Below, one piece after another: positions 28,473-38,082 of a DNA stretch of 64,000 nt. The translations under genes were made by a program, and so were the position numbers. This DNA comes from Candidatus Eiseniibacteriota bacterium. Its GTDB lineage: Bacteria; Eisenbacteria; RBG-16-71-46. Numbering within the stretch: the first letter of the stretch is position 1; every line of letters begins with the position of its first letter. The notes below the pieces were generated by a model, which was not told where the DNA came from, searched no databases, and saw only the letters and a list, made by a program, of their open reading frames with translations. The stretch lies in assembly GCA_963707915.1 (NCBI GenBank), contig OY970178.1:192001-256000 (forward strand), written 5' to 3'.

Positions 28473-29378
28473 ATGTCGATCACCAAGCTCGAGCAACTCG
28501 TCGAAACCGTGAAGTCACGTCCCCGCAAGCGCCTCATCGCAGCCTGGGCCAACGACTCGCACACCATCGCCGCCGTGGGGCAGGCGGTGAAGCTGGGCCT
28601 CGTGGAGGGGACCCTGGTGGGGGACGAGGCCGCCATCCGCTCGGTCTGCAAGAGCGAGGGGCTCGACCCGGCGATGTTCGCCATCGTGCAGGAATCGTCC
28701 GACACGGGTGCGTCCGCCCGTGCCGTCGCGATGGTGAACGCCGGCGAGGCGCAGATCCTGATGAAGGGGCTGGTCTCGAGCGACAAGTACATGCGCGCCA
28801 TCCTCCACAAGGAGAAGGGGCTCATGGACCCCGGCGCGATCCTCAGCCACGTCACGGTCATCGAGGTGGAGCGCTACCCGAAGCTCATCGTCTGCGGTGA
28901 CGTGGCGGTCCTGCCGGCCCCCGAGCTGAAGGAGAAGATCGCCATCACGCGCTACCAGATCGCGGTGGCCCACGCGCTGGGCATCGAGCAGCCCAAGGTG
29001 GCGATCATCGCGGCGACCGAGCAGATGCTCTACAAGATGCCGGCCTGCGTGGACGCCGCGATCATCGCGAAGATGGCCGATCGCGGGGACATCAAGGGTG
29101 CGCTGGTGGACGGCCCGCTCGCGCTGGACGTCGCGGTGGACGCCGAGGCGGTGGCGATCAAGGGGCTCAAGAGTCCGGTGGCCGGCGCCGCGGACTGCCT
29201 GGTGTTCCCCAGCATCGAATCGGGGAACGTCTTCTACAAGACCTGCACCAAGCTGGCGGGCGCGGAGCTGGCTGGCCTGGTGGTGGGCGCACGCGTCCCG
29301 TGCGTGCTGACCTCGCGGGGAGACACGGCCAAGAGCAAGATGTACTCGATCGCGCTGGCCGCGCTCACCGCCCGCTGA
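28473..29378 (+). CDS. ptb: Phosphate butyryltransferase
   Basis: LMKG, DGPLALD, GNVFYK and LTSRGD motifs. Confidence 0.88.
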   Translation: MSITKLEQLVETVKSRPRKRLIAAWANDSHTIAAVGQAVKLGLVEGTLVGDEAAIRSVCKSEGLDPAMFAIVQESSDTGASARAVAMVNAGEAQILMKGLVSSDKYMRAILHKEKGLMDPGAILSHVTVIEVERYPKLIVCGDVAVLPAPELKEKIAITRYQIAVAHALGIEQPKVAIIAATEQMLYKMPACVDAAIIAKMADRGDIKGALVDGPLALDVAVDAEAVAIKGLKSPVAGAADCLVFPSIESGNVFYKTCTKLAGAELAGLVVGARVPCVLTSRGDTAKSKMYSIALAALTAR

Positions 29379-29475
29379 GCGGCGACGCGGCCGCCGAGGA
29401 TGGCTCGCCGGTCGCGGTCGGGAAGCGAAGCCGGACGGGGCGCCCCGGGCTCGTGCCCGGGGCGCCCCGGTCTGC

Positions 29476-31729
29476 CTACCCGCCCGCGCCGAGCTCCTGC
29501 CGGGGCGCCGACTGCCGGGGCTCCGACACGTACTCGCGCGCCGGCTCCTTGCCATCGAGCACCCGGAGCGCGCCCTTGACCAGGGCGGAGAGCTCGTTCT
29601 CGCCGGCGTAGACGCTGATGCCGCAGCCCACGGCGGCGAGCAGGCGCTCGAGGTCGGCCACCAGGCGCTTCGAGCGGGCCATGCCGCCGGTCAGCAGCAC
29701 GCGGTCCAGCGGCTGGCCGTCGAAGGCCGGGATGAGCGAGGCGATCTCCTTGGCGATGCGGTAGACCATGCGCCTCGTACACCCGCGCGGCGTCCGGGTC
29801 GCCGGCGTCGATGCGGCGCTCGACCTCGCGCAGGTCGGCGGTGCCGAGCAGGTCGACGAGGCCGCCGCGCCCCTTGTTGAGCAGCTTGAGCTCGGGCTTG
29901 GTGTAGCGGCCCGAGAAGCACAGGTCGATCATCTGGCCGGTGGGCATGCCGCCCGAGCGCTGGGGCGAGAACGGCCCCTCGCCGTCGAGTCCGTTGTTGA
30001 CGTCGATGTAGCGGCCGCGCTTGTGCGCGCCCACGGTGATGCCGCCGCCGAGGTGGCAGACGACGACGTTGACCTTCTCGTAGAAGGTCTCGTGCTCCTC
30101 GGCGTAGCGGCGGGCGGTGGCGATCTGGTTGAGGGCGTGGCTGATGACCTTGCGCCGGACGGCCTTCATGCCGGTCACCCGCACGCGCTCCGCGGCCTCG
30201 TCCACCACCACCGGGTCCACGATGAAGGCCGGCGTGACGTGCTCGGTGGTCAGCTCGCGGGCGATGAGCGCCCCGAGGTTCGAAGCGTGCTCGCCGTAGC
30301 GCGCCGCGCGCAGGTCGGCCACCATGTCGTCCGAGACCGCCAGCGTGCCGTGCGGGATCGGGTGCAGCAGGCCGCCGCGGGCCGCGACCGCGTCGAGGTC
30401 CGCCACGTTCAGCCCGTGGTCGGCCAGGGCCCGGGTGATGATCTCCTTGCGGAAGGCGTACTGCTCGGTGATGCTCTTGCCCTCGAAGGGGAGCAGTTCC
30501 TCGGCGGTGTGCTGCAACTCGAGCGCGAACCGCTCCTCCTCGCCCTCGTAGACGCCGATCTTGGTGGAGGTCGAGCCCGGGTTCACCGCCAGCACGCGGT
30601 GGCGGCGGAAGTAGGTGTCGCGCGGCGTGCGCTGCCACTCGCCGAAGCGGTACATGCGCAGCACCGACGCCTTGATCGCGAGCCGGATGTCCTCGGGCGT
30701 GCAGTCCATCGGCAGGTCCACGCCGCGGAAGCGCAGGCCGAACATGGCCGGGAACTTCTTCGCCTCGGGGAAGCGGGCCGCGTAGAGGTGGTAGAGCAGG
30801 TTCCCCATCTCGAGGTTCGGGCAGATGATCACGTTGGGGCTGCCGCCCCACTTCGCCTCGCGGTCCCCCTCGTGGTACATGGCCGAGCGCTGCGACAGCG
30901 CCACGGAGACCTTGACCTCGCCCTGGATGCGGATGCTCGCGTAGCGCTCGCCCTTGTCGACGCGCTCGGCCAGCACGTCCGGGATGAGCGCCATGGCCTT
31001 GCGCACCAGCTCGGGCGAGGGCCCCTCGTCCGAGCCGCGGTTCGAGTACGAGACGATGACGCCGCGGATCTCGGGCAGCACGTCCGGCGGGATCAGGTCG
31101 CGGGCGACCACGCAGGTGCCGACCGCCACGCTGGCGAGCACCTCGGGCGTCATGGTGGCGTTCACGCCGACGTCGCCGAAGACCACGATGTTGTGCGGGA
31201 ACACGTCGGGCGCGGCGTCGGCGGGGAGCACGAACACTCCCGCCTCGCAACGCACCTGCTGCTTGGCGAGCAGCCGGAGCATCGGCCGGAAGTAGTCCTT
31301 GGGCGCGTGCCGGGCGCCGGCCACGACCGTGTCGGCGTGGTCGCGGCGCACCGACCAGATGCCGAAGCGGGCGGGCTCCATGACCATGCGCTGCGCCGCC
31401 TCGAGCGGGATCGGCGAGGCCATCTCCTGGCAGAACTCGAACTGCGCCCGGGCGAACTCCTCGACCAGGTCGGTGCGCGCCGGGATGTCCACGAACGCGC
31501 TCTCCGACAGCATGAACTCCACGCGGTCCGAGTCGACGTGGCCGAGGTCGCGGGCGATGACGTCGCGCACCTGCGGCTCGGGGGCCAGGAACACGGGGCG
31601 CACGAAGCGGGCGAGGTGGCAGACGGCCTCGAGGATGCGCGGGTCGAGGGCCTCGGGGAAGACGACCGTCGGACGGATCTTGGCGAAGCTCTGGATCTGC
31701 CGGTCGAAGCTGCCTTCGATATCGAACAT
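29476..31729 (-). CDS. buk: Fused Pta/Ptb-like domain + butyrate kinase, with a +1 frameshift at ~29770
   Basis: N-terminal VFPEA.DPRIL and GDVGVN; Buk motifs NPGSTSTK, HASNLG, HALNQ, HLGGGITV; the LTGGMA tail lies in another frame. Confidence 0.8.
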
Positions 31730-31934
31730 GCGGCCTCTGGCTCCCGCACCGGCCGGGAAGCGCGGCCGGCAGGGCAGGGGTACGGGTTGAAGCAACGTCT
31801 GACCGGTGACACCGGTCGCGGCGCCGCATTCTAGCAACGGAACGGCCCGGTGGGTACCCGAGCGCCCGGTGCTTGCGGGGCGGGCGCGAACCGGGTCGCC
31901 GACCGGGCCCCGGCGGCGCGGGCGCCGCCGCCGG

Positions 31935-32972
31935 TCAGCGGGGTGCGGTCCGTTCGAACGCCGCGGCGATGCCCGCGGCGCTCGCCGGCACGATCCCGAC
32001 CTCGGTGACGATCCCGGCGATCAGGGCGTGCGGCGTGACGTCGAAGGCCGGGTTGAGCGCCCGCGCGCCCGCCGGGGCCACGCGCACCCGGTTCAGCCGG
32101 CCCGACGCGTCGACGCCCTCCACCGTGAGCACCTCGTCCTCGGCGCGCTCCTCGATGACGATCTCCGCTCCGGTGGGCGTGGCCCGGTCGATGGTGGTGC
32201 GCGGGGCCGCAACGTGGAACGGCACGGAGTGCGCCCGCGCCGCCAGCGCCTTGCCGTAGGTGCCGATCTTGTTCGCGGTGTCGCCGTTGGCGGCGATGCG
32301 GTCCGCGCCGGTGAGCACCAGGTCCACGAGCCCGCGCTGGATCAGGTGGGCGCAGGCGCCGTCCGCCAACACGACGTGGGCCACGCCCTCCTGCGCCAGC
32401 TCCCAGGCGGTGAGGCGGGCACCCTGCAGCCGCGGCCGCGTCTCGCTCACGTAGACGAAGGGCTCGAGCCCGGCGCGCGCCGCCCGGTAGACGGGCGCCA
32501 GCGCGGTGCCCCAGTCCTGCACGGCGAGCCAGCCGGCGTTGCAGTGCGTGAGCACGCGGGTGCCCGGGCGGAAGAGCGCGAGCCCGTGCTCGCCGATGGC
32601 TGCACCCGCGGCGACCTCGGCCTCGTCGTAGGCGTGCGCGGCGACGAGCATGGCGTCGGCCGCGGGCCCGGCGCGGGCGACGCTCTCGAGCCCGGCGCGC
32701 AGGTTCACCGCGGTGGGCCGGGTGCCGAGCAGGCGGTCCCGGGCCGGCCCGAGCGGTTCGCCGTGCCTCGCCGCGAGCGCCAGGCCGTAGGCCGCCAGCA
32801 CGCCGATCGCGGGCGCGCCCCGCACCGCCATCTCCTCGATCACGCGGGCCACCTCCGCGGTGTCGCGCGCCAGGCCGAACTCGAGCGCGTGGGGGAGGAG
32901 GCGCTGGTCCACGAAGCGCACGCCCTCGTCGGTCCACCACACGGCGCGCAGGTCCCGCCCGCCGACCCTCAT
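31935..32972 (-). CDS. mtnA: S-methyl-5-thioribose-1-phosphate isomerase
   Basis: DQRLLP, MAVRGAPAIG, RPTAVNL, THCNAG.LA, ETRP and ANKIGT motifs. Confidence 0.92.
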   Translation of the reverse strand: MRVGGRDLRAVWWTDEGVRFVDQRLLPHALEFGLARDTAEVARVIEEMAVRGAPAIGVLAAYGLALAARHGEPLGPARDRLLGTRPTAVNLRAGLESVARAGPAADAMLVAAHAYDEAEVAAGAAIGEHGLALFRPGTRVLTHCNAGWLAVQDWGTALAPVYRAARAGLEPFVYVSETRPRLQGARLTAWELAQEGVAHVVLADGACAHLIQRGLVDLVLTGADRIAANGDTANKIGTYGKALAARAHSVPFHVAAPRTTIDRATPTGAEIVIEERAEDEVLTVEGVDASGRLNRVRVAPAGARALNPAFDVTPHALIAGIVTEVGIVPASAAGIAAAFERTAPR

Positions 32973-33646
32973 CGCGGCCCGGCCTGGAGCTCGAGCGCGC
33001 GGCCGAGGTGACGCACGAGGATCGCGCCGGCCTCGCCGACGCTGGGGCCGAACGTGAGCACGCCGTCCTCGTGGCCGCCCATGACGAGGATCCCCAACGC
33101 GGCGAGCGGTCCGTCGCGGTGGAGCCGCTGCACCTCGGCGGCCATCTCGGGCGTGCCGTTCTGCGCGCCGTCGCGGGTCGCAGGCAGGCCGAGGGCCCGC
33201 GCCCCCCGCCAGACCTCGGGGGCGTGGGCGTGGAGCACCGCCCGCGCCGCCGGGGCGATGTCGTAGAGGGCGCCGTGGGTGAGCGATTCGGACGAGGGCG
33301 CCACCGGCCCCGCGCTGCGCACGCGGTTGCGCGCGGGGTCGTATTCCTCCACCACGCAGAAGTCGGCGAGCGTGAGCTGGCGCCGTCCGCCGGTCTGCGT
33401 GCCGGTGACGAGGAAGCGCCGCCGTCCGCGCGGCGCACCGCCGAAGGGGCCGAGGCGCGCGCTCACGTTGCCGTAGCCGAGGCCGCCGTAGCGCGCCGGG
33501 TCCTGGCCGAGCATCCCGAGCCGGGCGAGGATCTCGCGCCACGCGGCCAGCGCGCGCACCGCCTCCGCGTGCACGCGCTCCTCGAGCGGGCGCGTCTCGT
33601 GAACGGCCTCGAAGCGGATGACGCCTTCTGTGCGCGGATCGGCCAT
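32969..33646 (-). CDS. Class II aldolase/adducin family protein (MtnB/Ald2-like)
   Basis: GNVS.R, PSSESLTH, HAH and GHEDG metal-binding motifs; stop overlaps the mtnA start. Confidence 0.8.
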   Translation of the reverse strand: MADPRTEGVIRFEAVHETRPLEERVHAEAVRALAAWREILARLGMLGQDPARYGGLGYGNVSARLGPFGGAPRGRRRFLVTGTQTGGRRQLTLADFCVVEEYDPARNRVRSAGPVAPSSESLTHGALYDIAPAARAVLHAHAPEVWRGARALGLPATRDGAQNGTPEMAAEVQRLHRDGPLAALGILVMGGHEDGVLTFGPSVGEAGAILVRHLGRALELQAGPR

Positions 33647-33715
33647 CACCGGCACGTTAGCATCGGGTCCCGCCGGCGGCCAGCCGGTGGCCGCCTCGAC
33701 GCCGGGGTCCCGGCG

Positions 33716-34327
33716 CTACTCGGGGTCCCGGCCCGCGTCCGCGGCGTCCGCGACCGCGGGAGGCTGCTGCTGGCACTCGGCACAGAGCTCGTCGGCGAGC
33801 AGGAAGTCGGGATGCTTGCGCAGGAAGACCTGCGCCTGGGCGAGCGGGTCGGAAGGCTCGCGGTGGGTCCCGCAGCCCGGGCACAGCGGCAACATCGCGC
33901 GCAGCTCGACGAGCTGGGTGGCGTCCTCCAGCGCGACCAGCACGAGGTCGCGGCCGCCGAGGCTGACCGGCGAGGCGCTGACCTGGAACCAGCAGTCCTC
34001 GGGCTGTCCGTTCGCCTGCACGAGCATGTGTGCCAGGCGGCGCGGCGCCGGCCTCCCCGCCGCCGCCGCCTCGATCGAGCGCCGCACCAGGCAGGACGGG
34101 CAGAAGTCGGTGGCGCCGCATTCGCCGCGGGAGTCGCGCGGGAAGATGCAGTGGACCGTGCTTCCGAGCGGCTTGCCCAGCCTGGCTTCGCCCCGGTCCC
34201 CCAGCCACAGCCGGGCCGCCCGGTTCGCCTCCAGGATCGTCGCGGCGGAGTCCACGATGAATGCCATCGAGGGGATCGCATCGAGCAGCGCGAGCTGGCT
34301 GGAGCCTTCGGGCAGCAGGGGTTCCAT
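33716..34327 (-). CDS. PAS domain protein with Cys cluster and C-terminal CxxC...CxxC
   Basis: LLDAIPSMAFIVD...ANRAA; HC..CG...CPSC; LPLCPGC and LCAEC. Confidence 0.7.
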   Translation of the reverse strand: MEPLLPEGSSQLALLDAIPSMAFIVDSAATILEANRAARLWLGDRGEARLGKPLGSTVHCIFPRDSRGECGATDFCPSCLVRRSIEAAAAGRPAPRRLAHMLVQANGQPEDCWFQVSASPVSLGGRDLVLVALEDATQLVELRAMLPLCPGCGTHREPSDPLAQAQVFLRKHPDFLLADELCAECQQQPPAVADAADAGRDPE

Positions 34328-34475
34328 GGAGGTGACCTCGGAGCGCGCAGCATCAGGGCGGCGTTGCGGGAACCAGGCTCGGTTGTCGGACTCCCCCGGG
34401 AACGGGCGCTCGAGCTCCGAGATTGACGCAAGCCTGCCACAGGCGCGGACCGCAGGCAAACCGCGCGACCGGCCG

Positions 34476-35754
34476 GGTGATGTACCAGTGTTTGTGTCAG
34501 GGACAAGGAAGGGGGTACTCCAACAGAGGCAGGGCCAACCACCTCAAGGAGGTACCCCCATGCAGCAGGTCGCTGCGGTGCGCAGTGTGAAGCAGGCGGT
34601 GCGGATGCTCAAGTCGATGGCGGTGCAGGCGCCGGAGTGGAACGAGCTGAGGCAGGCGAGCCAGGCCGCGGTCCGGCGGGTGATCGAGGAGCGGATGCAC
34701 GGCCTGGTGGGCAACCGGATCGCCGAACTGGCCGCGGCCGGGGTCGCTGACCGCCGCAATGGCAGCTACCGCCGCTGGCTGTGGCATGAGGTCGGCGTCC
34801 TGGAGTTGCAGGTGCCACGCTCCCGGACCTACAGCGCGGTCGCCGTGCTGGGCCGCTATGCCCGGCGGGTGCCCCAACTCGAGCGGGTGATCCTGGCCGG
34901 CTTCGTCCTCGGGCTTTCGACCCGCAAGGTGGGCGAGGCGCTGCTGCCCCTGCTGGGCGAGCGGGTCAGCCCGGCGACGGTGAGCCGGGTGGCGCGGGGC
35001 CTGGATGAGGCGGCCGCCGCGTTCCATCGTCGCCCGCTCGCCAACCGTTACCGGGCCGTGCTGCTCGATGGCGTGGTGCTGGCCCGCAAGAGCGGCGCCG
35101 GGGCGTTGCGCCGGCCCGTGCTGGTGGCGCTCGGGATCACGCTCGCCGGGAAGAAGGAGATCCTCGACTTCCGCCTCGCCCCGGCCGAGAGCCAGCCGGC
35201 CTGGGAGGCGTTCCTCAACGATCTCTATGCCCGCGGGCTCACCGGCGAGGGCCTCACCCTGATCGCCACCGATGGCGGTGCCGGTCTGCTCGCCGCGCTG
35301 CCGCTGGTCTACCCGCGGGTCCGGGTCGGCCGCTGCTGGGCCCACAAGACCCGCAACATCCTCGACAAGGTGCGAGACACCGACCGCGAGCGGGTCAAGC
35401 GCGACCTGCACCGCATCAGCCACGCAGTCAACCGCACCACTGCACGAGCGGCCGCCCGGCACCTGGTCGACCGCTGGCACACCCGCTACCCGGCCGCGGT
35501 CCGCTGCCTGCAGCAGGACCTCGAGGACCTGCTGGCGTTCTTCGCCTTCGACGATTCCGCCTGGCGCCAGGCCACCCGCACCACCAACGCCATCGAACGC
35601 CGCTTCCGCGAGGTCCGCAGAAGAACGCGCCCCATGGGGGTCTTCAGTGACCGCACCTCCATGGAGCGCATCCTGTTCGCCGTCTTCACCTACGAAAACC
35701 ACAAGGCCGGAACCTCAGCCCCCTTCCTCCTGACACATGACTCTTGACGCTACC
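34476..35754 (+). mobile_element. IS256 family insertion sequence, complete
   Basis: Imperfect ~26-bp terminal IRs (GGT...TGTGTCAGG); 8-bp TSD ACCGGCCG at 34468-34475 and 35755-35762. Confidence 0.9.
34560..35747 (+). CDS. IS256 family transposase
   Basis: DRRNG, GLSTRKV, LLDG, TDG, RCWAHK and TTNAIER motifs. Confidence 0.93.
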   Translation: MQQVAAVRSVKQAVRMLKSMAVQAPEWNELRQASQAAVRRVIEERMHGLVGNRIAELAAAGVADRRNGSYRRWLWHEVGVLELQVPRSRTYSAVAVLGRYARRVPQLERVILAGFVLGLSTRKVGEALLPLLGERVSPATVSRVARGLDEAAAAFHRRPLANRYRAVLLDGVVLARKSGAGALRRPVLVALGITLAGKKEILDFRLAPAESQPAWEAFLNDLYARGLTGEGLTLIATDGGAGLLAALPLVYPRVRVGRCWAHKTRNILDKVRDTDRERVKRDLHRISHAVNRTTARAAARHLVDRWHTRYPAAVRCLQQDLEDLLAFFAFDDSAWRQATRTTNAIERRFREVRRRTRPMGVFSDRTSMERILFAVFTYENHKAGTSAPFLLTHDS

Positions 35755-35975
35755 ACCGGCCGCGCGAGCTGCCACCGCGCGACCCGCGCCCGGGTCCGGG
35801 TCTTTGACGCGCGGCCCGCGGTGGCGGACCATGCGAACGTGGGAGCCCGCCCGACCGCGCGACCGGTCCGCTGGACGGTGGCATGGGAGCGGGGAGCGCC
35901 CGTCCAGACTCGCGTCCTGTCCCATCCCGGCCCTCCGGCCATCGCCGGTCCGGCCGCGCCCCCGGGGGAGAACTC

Positions 35976-38078
35976 ATGAGCCTCATCGCCGTGTGCCGGC
36001 GCGGATCCAGCGCCCTCGTCTGCTCCGCGACCCTCCTCGCTCTCCTGGTCTCCGTCGTGCAGGTGCCCGCCGTCCGCGCCGACGAGGGCATGTGGACGTT
36101 CGACCACCTGCCGCTGAAGCCGCTGCAGGAGCGCTACGGTTTCGCCGCGACGCCCGAGTGGATCGAGCACGTGCAGAAGGCCTCGATCAACTTCGGCGGC
36201 GGTTCGGGGGCCTTCGTCTCGCCGGATGGCCTGGCGCTCACCAACCACCACGTGGCGCTCGGCCAGCTGGCGAAGCTCTCCTCGCCCGAGCACGACTACG
36301 TCCGCGACGGCTTCTTCGCCCGCACCCGCGCCGAGGAACTGTCCTGTCCCGACCTCGAGCTCAAGGTGCTCATGAGCAGCGAGGACGTGACCGCGGCCGT
36401 CCTGGGCGCGGTGGACTCGTCGTCGGCCGACGCGGCGCAGAGCAGCCAGCGCAAGGCGGCCATGGCCCGCATCGAGCAGGGTGCGAGCCGCGACGGCCTC
36501 AAGGGCGAGGTGGTCGAGCTCTACCGCGGCGGCGAGTACTGGCTCTACCGCTACAAGACCTACAAGGACGTGCGGCTGGTGTGCGCGCCCGAGGAGCAGG
36601 CCGCGTCCTTCGGCGGCGACCCGGACAACTTCAGCTTCCCGCGGCACGACCTGGACTTCGCCTTCTTCCGCGTCTACGAGGACGGCCAGCCGGTCCACCC
36701 GAAGCACTGGTTCCGCTGGAGCAAGGAGGGCGCGCGCGAGGGCGAGCTCGCCTTCGTGTCGGGCAACCCGGGCTCGACCCGGCGCCTCTACACCGTGGCC
36801 CAGCTCGAGCACGAGCGCGGCCTGGACCTGCCGCTGCGCATCCGCCTCAACGAGCAGCGGCTCGCGGCCTACAACGCCTACGAGGCGCGCGGGCCCGAGC
36901 AGGCGCGCCAGGCGCGCGACCGCATCCGGGGACTCGAGAACAACCTCAAGCGCCAGCACGGCTTCCTCGAGGCGCTCTCCGACCCGGAGGTGATGAAGGC
37001 GCGGCGCGTCGCCGAGGAGAACCTGCGCCAGCGCATCGCCACCAACCAGGTGGCCTCGGGGATCGCCATCCTCACCTGGGAACGCATCGCGGACGCGATG
37101 AAGGAGCTGGGCCGGCGGCACAAGGAGTACGTGGTGCGCGAGTTCGGACGCTCCAGCCGCCTGCTGGACATCGCCAACGGCATCGTGCGCTACACCGCCG
37201 AGGTGGCGAAGCCCAACGAGCAGCGCTTCCGGGAGTACCGTGACGCCCGGCTCGACTCCGAGCGCTTCCGGCTCTTCTCGCGCGCGCCGGTCTATCCCGA
37301 GATGGAGGAGATGGCGCTCGGCGTGCTCCTCCAACAGTGCGTCGACGAGCTGGGAGCGGCCGATCCGTTCGTCCAGCTGGCGCTGGGCGGCCGCACCCCG
37401 CAGGAGGTCGCGCGGACGCTGGTCGCGGGCACGAAGCTGGCCGATCCCGCGGTGCGCAAGACCCTGGTCGACGGCGGCGCGAAGGCCGTGGCCGCGTCGA
37501 AGGACCCGCTCATCGTCTGGGCGCGCAAGCTCGACGCGCCCTACCGCGAGATGCGCACCTGGTACGAGGACCGGGTGCAGAGCGTCGAGACCCTGGACGG
37601 CGGCCGGATCGCGCGGGCGCGGTTCGTCCTCGACGGCCGGGCGACGCCCCCGGACGCCACCGGCTCGCTGCGGCTGTCCTACGGGAAGGTCGCCGGCTAC
37701 CCGCAGTTGACCACGCTCGTGCCCTGGGCCACCACGTTCCACGGCCTGTTCGACCGGTCCGCCGGCTTCGGCGGCAAGCCGCCGTTCGACCTGCCCGCGC
37801 GCATCGCCGCGCACGAGAAGGACCTCGACCTGAACACCCCGCTGAACTTCGTCAGCACCGACGACATCATCGGCGGGAATTCGGGCAGCGCGGTGCTGAA
37901 CCGCGAGGGCGAATACATCGGGCTGGTCTTCGACGGCAACGTGCAGTCCTACGCCTGGGACTACTACTACACCGACGAGCAGGCGCGCTGCGTCTCGGTG
38001 CACTCGCGCGCGCTGACCGAGGCGCTGCGCCGGATCTACGACATGGGCGCGCTGGCCGACGAGGTGGAGGGGAAGTAG
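35976..38078 (+). CDS. S46 family dipeptidyl peptidase
   Basis: ADEGMW, LTNHHV and DIIGGNSGS motifs. Confidence 0.92.
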   Translation: MSLIAVCRRGSSALVCSATLLALLVSVVQVPAVRADEGMWTFDHLPLKPLQERYGFAATPEWIEHVQKASINFGGGSGAFVSPDGLALTNHHVALGQLAKLSSPEHDYVRDGFFARTRAEELSCPDLELKVLMSSEDVTAAVLGAVDSSSADAAQSSQRKAAMARIEQGASRDGLKGEVVELYRGGEYWLYRYKTYKDVRLVCAPEEQAASFGGDPDNFSFPRHDLDFAFFRVYEDGQPVHPKHWFRWSKEGAREGELAFVSGNPGSTRRLYTVAQLEHERGLDLPLRIRLNEQRLAAYNAYEARGPEQARQARDRIRGLENNLKRQHGFLEALSDPEVMKARRVAEENLRQRIATNQVASGIAILTWERIADAMKELGRRHKEYVVREFGRSSRLLDIANGIVRYTAEVAKPNEQRFREYRDARLDSERFRLFSRAPVYPEMEEMALGVLLQQCVDELGAADPFVQLALGGRTPQEVARTLVAGTKLADPAVRKTLVDGGAKAVAASKDPLIVWARKLDAPYREMRTWYEDRVQSVETLDGGRIARARFVLDGRATPPDATGSLRLSYGKVAGYPQLTTLVPWATTFHGLFDRSAGFGGKPPFDLPARIAAHEKDLDLNTPLNFVSTDDIIGGNSGSAVLNREGEYIGLVFDGNVQSYAWDYYYTDEQARCVSVHSRALTEALRRIYDMGALADEVEGK

Positions 38079-38082
38079 CGGG

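Noticed and set aside
29760..29780. Programmed ribosomal frameshift in buk
   Set aside because: No slippery heptamer or homopolymer; similar single-base insertions at ~51685 and ~51863 point to error or mutation.
33618..34559. Extended 709-aa transposase
   Set aside because: The extension crosses the IS left end and is antisense to the PAS gene; the RBS supports ATG at 34560.
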